A stretch of 61,967 bases of DNA, filler included. It is 4 parts of 4 records of this genome, joined end to end, with 100 filler letters (N's around TTAATTAATTAA, not from the genome) between each part and the next. Parts side by side here need not be neighbours in the genome. Positions count along the whole stretch, not along the records: positions 51,282 to 61,967 come from SRR31156797_8887; 3 more parts are not named here. One strand, given 5' to 3'. The notes under the pieces are model-generated. The model saw only the letters and a program-made list of their open reading frames with translations. It was not told the origin of the DNA and searched no databases. Position numbers and translations under genes: made by a program. The stretch's first letter is position 1, and every line of letters starts with the position of its first letter. Positions 58,913 to 61,967 of the stretch are shown here, in pieces.

Positions 58913-60466
58913 GTGTTGAGAACAAATTCAATCAACAGGTATCAGGAATGGGGGAAAAGTGTGTTATGCATCTGTATCCTTTTGGGAATGTACTATTCCA
59001 CGCTCCAATGGCTTGTTTTTAAAGATTGGGCCCGGGATGATTATTCTTACGGCATACTAATTCCATTTATCATCTTATACCTGATCTGGGAGAAAAGGGG
59101 TAGGTTTCAGGAAATTATGTCCAAACAGACCTGGAATGGTTTCATTCTTCTGGTTCCCGGACTTTTATTGTTTTGGCTGGGAGAGCTTGCCGGTGAGTTT
59201 TTCGTTCAGTACTTTTCTCTTTGGCTTATTGTTATGGGACTTTGCTGGCTCAACATGGGGTGGGAAAAAATGCAAGTGATTATTTTTCCACTGTTCTTTT
59301 CCCTGACCATGTTTCCCCTGCCTAATTTTATAAATGTAAAAATAACCTTTGGGTTAAAGCTGATATCCACCAAATTAGGTGTTCTGATGATGCGGAGCTG
59401 GGGCATGAGCGCATTTCAGGATGGAAATGTCATAGACCTTGGTTTTACAAAACTCCAGGTCGTTGATGCATGCTCCGGACTTCGTTATCTGTTTCCCTTG
59501 ATTGTTCTGGGGATTCTTGTGGCATATTTTTTCAGGTCACGCTGGTGGAAAAAAATTGTCATTGTACTCTCCACAATTCCAATTACTGTTTTTACAAACA
59601 GCCTCAGGATTGCTTTTACCGGAATCCTGTCTGAACGTTTTGGCTCAAAGGCGGTTGAGGGCTTCTTTCACGATTTTGAGGGCTTGGTCATCTTCATGTT
59701 CGCACTGGGCTGTCTTGTGCTTGAAATGGTAGTGCTTGCGAAACTGTTTCCGGAAGTAGGGACGGTGAAGCAGGAAGAAAAGCCTTTGGGACAGGTCGGA
59801 GAGTTAGTGGTTCAGCAGTCCTTGTTGAAACAACCTCAATTTTTGGTTTCTGTAGCGCTGCTGGCCCTTACGCTTGGTTTGTCCCAGGGTGTAGATTTCA
59901 GGGAAGCTATTCCCATGAAAAAGAGCTTCAATAATTTTCCCAAAAAGGTGGGGCAATGGGGAGGGACCTCTCAGGTCATGGAACAGAAATTCATTGATGA
60001 ACTGGACTTCAGTGACTATATCCTGATTGACTACAGGGATGGCAAGGGCCGCATGGTCAACTTGTATGTTGCCTATTATGATAGTCAGAGAAAGGGAGAG
60101 TCCATTCATTCGCCTGCAACCTGCCTTAGAGGTGGAGGGTGGCAGTTTAGAAATGCCGGAAAGAGTTTTGTACCTCTGGATGGAAAAGGAAAAATATTGC
60201 CTGTCAACCGGGCGGTGATCCAGAAGGGTAATTATAAGCAGATATCCTATTATTGGTTTCCCACCAGAGGACGGAATCTGACTAATGTTTTTGAGCTAAA
60301 ATGGTTTACCTTCTGGGATGCCCTGACCCGCCAGAGAACGGACGGGGCCCTGGCAAGGGTGATCATGCCTGTCGCTCCCGGTGAGGAGGTGGCTACGGCT
60401 GAAAAACGGCTTCAGTCATTTATTCGGGTAATGGAACCGGTTCTTTCTGACTATTTACCCCAATAG
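58913..60466 (+). CDS. Exosortase with fused EpsI domain (XrtD-like)
   Basis: Multi-TM with catalytic VVDACSGLR, NSLRI and FFHDFEG; C-terminal HSPATCL.GGGW, YYWF and RTDGAL. Confidence 0.88.
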   Translation: MLRTNSINRYQEWGKSVLCICILLGMYYSTLQWLVFKDWARDDYSYGILIPFIILYLIWEKRGRFQEIMSKQTWNGFILLVPGLLLFWLGELAGEFFVQYFSLWLIVMGLCWLNMGWEKMQVIIFPLFFSLTMFPLPNFINVKITFGLKLISTKLGVLMMRSWGMSAFQDGNVIDLGFTKLQVVDACSGLRYLFPLIVLGILVAYFFRSRWWKKIVIVLSTIPITVFTNSLRIAFTGILSERFGSKAVEGFFHDFEGLVIFMFALGCLVLEMVVLAKLFPEVGTVKQEEKPLGQVGELVVQQSLLKQPQFLVSVALLALTLGLSQGVDFREAIPMKKSFNNFPKKVGQWGGTSQVMEQKFIDELDFSDYILIDYRDGKGRMVNLYVAYYDSQRKGESIHSPATCLRGGGWQFRNAGKSFVPLDGKGKILPVNRAVIQKGNYKQISYYWFPTRGRNLTNVFELKWFTFWDALTRQRTDGALARVIMPVAPGEEVATAEKRLQSFIRVMEPVLSDYLPQ

Positions 60467-60473
60467 GTAGATC

Positions 60474-61967
60474 ATGTATCTTTTTACTGTTTTCATCGTC
60501 GCACTGCTTCTTACCATCGCCTTGATCCCTGTTGTCAAGAGCATGGCCTTTAAGATGAACATTGTGGATGTTCCAAATTCACGAAAAGTCCATGTGCTGC
60601 CCATGCCCAAGAGCGGTGGGATTTCCATCGCCATTGGCGCCCTGGTTCCTGTGCTGCTGTGGGTGCCGCGGACTAGCTTTTTGAGTGCCGTGCTCCTCGG
60701 ATCGGGGATCATTGTGGTTGCCGGGGTGATCGATGATATAAAGGAGCTTGGATACAAATCCAAACTGGCCGCCCAGCTGGCGGCGGCCCTGGTTGTCATT
60801 TTTTACGGTAAGGTTGCCATTGGTTGTCTTGGAAATCTGGCTCCCACCGACTTTGTGCTGACGGGGGGGCTTTCTGTTGCCTTGACCCTGTTCGTGATTG
60901 TGGGTGTGACCAATGCCATCAATCTGGCCGACGGCCTGGACGGACTTGCGGGCGGGATATCCATGCTCAGCTTTGTGGCCATAGGATTTCTGGCGTACCG
61001 AAGCGGCAATACCGTCATCGCCATCATGTCCGTTGCGGTGATCGGTGCGATCTTCGGGTTCCTGCGGTTTAACACCCATCCTGCCGTTATTTTCATGGGG
61101 GATGCGGGCAGCCAACTGTTGGGATTTCTGTCGGTGACCTTTGCCCTGGTGCTGACCCAGGCCAATACCCCTTACAGCCGGCTGCTGCCTTTGCTGCTGA
61201 TCGGGTTTCCCATTCTGGACACCCTGACGGTGATGCTGGAGCGGATCGCAAAGGGCCGATCTCCCTTTAAGGCGGATAAGAATCATTTCCATCACCGGCT
61301 CATGAGTCTTGGGTTGTACCATTCTGAAGCCGTTCTTGTCATTTATATTCTTCAGGCGATTTTTATCGCCGTTGCCTTTGTGTTTCGTTTTCATTCAGAA
61401 TGGGTGCATCTGCTCTTTTTTCTTACTTTTGCAGGGCTCATCATCGGGGGCTTTGCTTTGGCCGCGCTCAAGGGATGGGAATTCCGGCGGGGGGAGGTAT
61501 TTGATACCGCGGTCAAGGGCCGACTCCGGGTGCTGAAAGAGAAGAAGGTCTTTATCAAGACCAGTTTTAACTTTCTTAAAATCGGACTTCCCCTGCTGTT
61601 TTTTTGTCAGGTGTTCATTCCACGGAATCTTCCCGGTTACATTCCGGCTGTGGCCGGGGGGCTTATGGCCCTGATTGTCGGGGTGCGCTTTTTCAATCGG
61701 AAGTACAGGGTCATGGTCGTGCGGCTGGCCCTTTACCTTACCATTCCGGTGGTGCTTTATTTTGGCGAGACGGATCCTGCCCGTTGGATCCGGCTTGCCT
61801 GGGTGGACTGGCTTGAAATCAACCAGGTGGGGTTTCTGGTGATTCTTTTTGCCGGGATCGTCACCATTAACCTGACCCGGCGGCAGAACGGATTTAAAAT
61901 TACGCCCATGGATCTGCTGGTGTTCATTGTGGTGCTGGTGTTTCCCCACCTGCCTTCTGCCCAGTGC
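60474..61967 (+). CDS. MraY/WecA-family undecaprenyl-phosphate GlcNAc-1-phosphate transferase, runs off the window
   Basis: Not in the ORF track. ATG 60474 open to the end: MYLFTVFIV...DVPNSRKVH...GVIDD...NAINLADGLDGLAGG...FMGDAGS...ADKNHFHHRL. Confidence 0.92.
   Translation, partial: MYLFTVFIVALLLTIALIPVVKSMAFKMNIVDVPNSRKVHVLPMPKSGGISIAIGALVPVLLWVPRTSFLSAVLLGSGIIVVAGVIDDIKELGYKSKLAAQLAAALVVIFYGKVAIGCLGNLAPTDFVLTGGLSVALTLFVIVGVTNAINLADGLDGLAGGISMLSFVAIGFLAYRSGNTVIAIMSVAVIGAIFGFLRFNTHPAVIFMGDAGSQLLGFLSVTFALVLTQANTPYSRLLPLLLIGFPILDTLTVMLERIAKGRSPFKADKNHFHHRLMSLGLYHSEAVLVIYILQAIFIAVAFVFRFHSEWVHLLFFLTFAGLIIGGFALAALKGWEFRRGEVFDTAVKGRLRVLKEKKVFIKTSFNFLKIGLPLLFFCQVFIPRNLPGYIPAVAGGLMALIVGVRFFNRKYRVMVVRLALYLTIPVVLYFGETDPARWIRLAWVDWLEINQVGFLVILFAGIVTINLTRRQNGFKITPMDLLVFIVVLVFPHLPSAQC

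Noticed and set aside
60455-61949. Long minus-strand ORFs (271, 184, 120 and 114 aa)
   Set aside because: Shadows of the GC-rich plus-strand WecA/MraY-family gene, which has clear motifs
1-61967. CRISPR array, rRNA, prophage or integron
   Set aside because: No regularly spaced repeats, rRNA-like sequence, phage structural genes or integrase seen

Overview
The window is a concatenation of four assembly pieces joined by artificial N44-TTAATTAATTAA-N44 linkers (21608-21707, 43959-44058, 51182-51281). Pieces 1 and 2 (1-43958) are very AT-rich DNA with Campylobacterota (Arcobacteraceae-like) gene content. They carry a P-loop ATPase plus TPR gene pair, gatB, gltX, an anchor-less sdhAB pair, a complete IS110 element, frdCAB and a LolDE-like ABC transporter. 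They also carry an extended cydAB operon opposite a DUF134 regulator, a photolyase/lipocalin/pdxH/UbiB stress cluster, CIRCE-preceded hsp20 and htrA, and a PAS-GGDEF-EAL-histidine kinase fusion. Pieces 3 and 4 (44059-61967) are visibly more GC-rich and look like a different organism (Desulfobacterota-like, by inference). They hold a partial tRNA-Gln, glycosyltransferases, an ABC flippase, tagD/tagF-like genes, a partial IS1380 and an exosortase-linked EPS locus. The best finding is the IS110 element. Its ends can be placed at about 13472-15105, because removing it restores an ATGA-coupled operon. Its left end folds into a bridge-RNA-like structure whose two loops match the host target and the donor junction in the same register, and its right end carries an inverted copy of part of that RNA. 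Other highlights are a tandem palindromic operator over the cyd promoter, two paralogous unannotated small membrane proteins flanking hsp20, a CydY-like microprotein, a probable ATA start codon and a decayed tagD pseudogene. All calls were made by eye from motifs; no database searches or folding programs were run.
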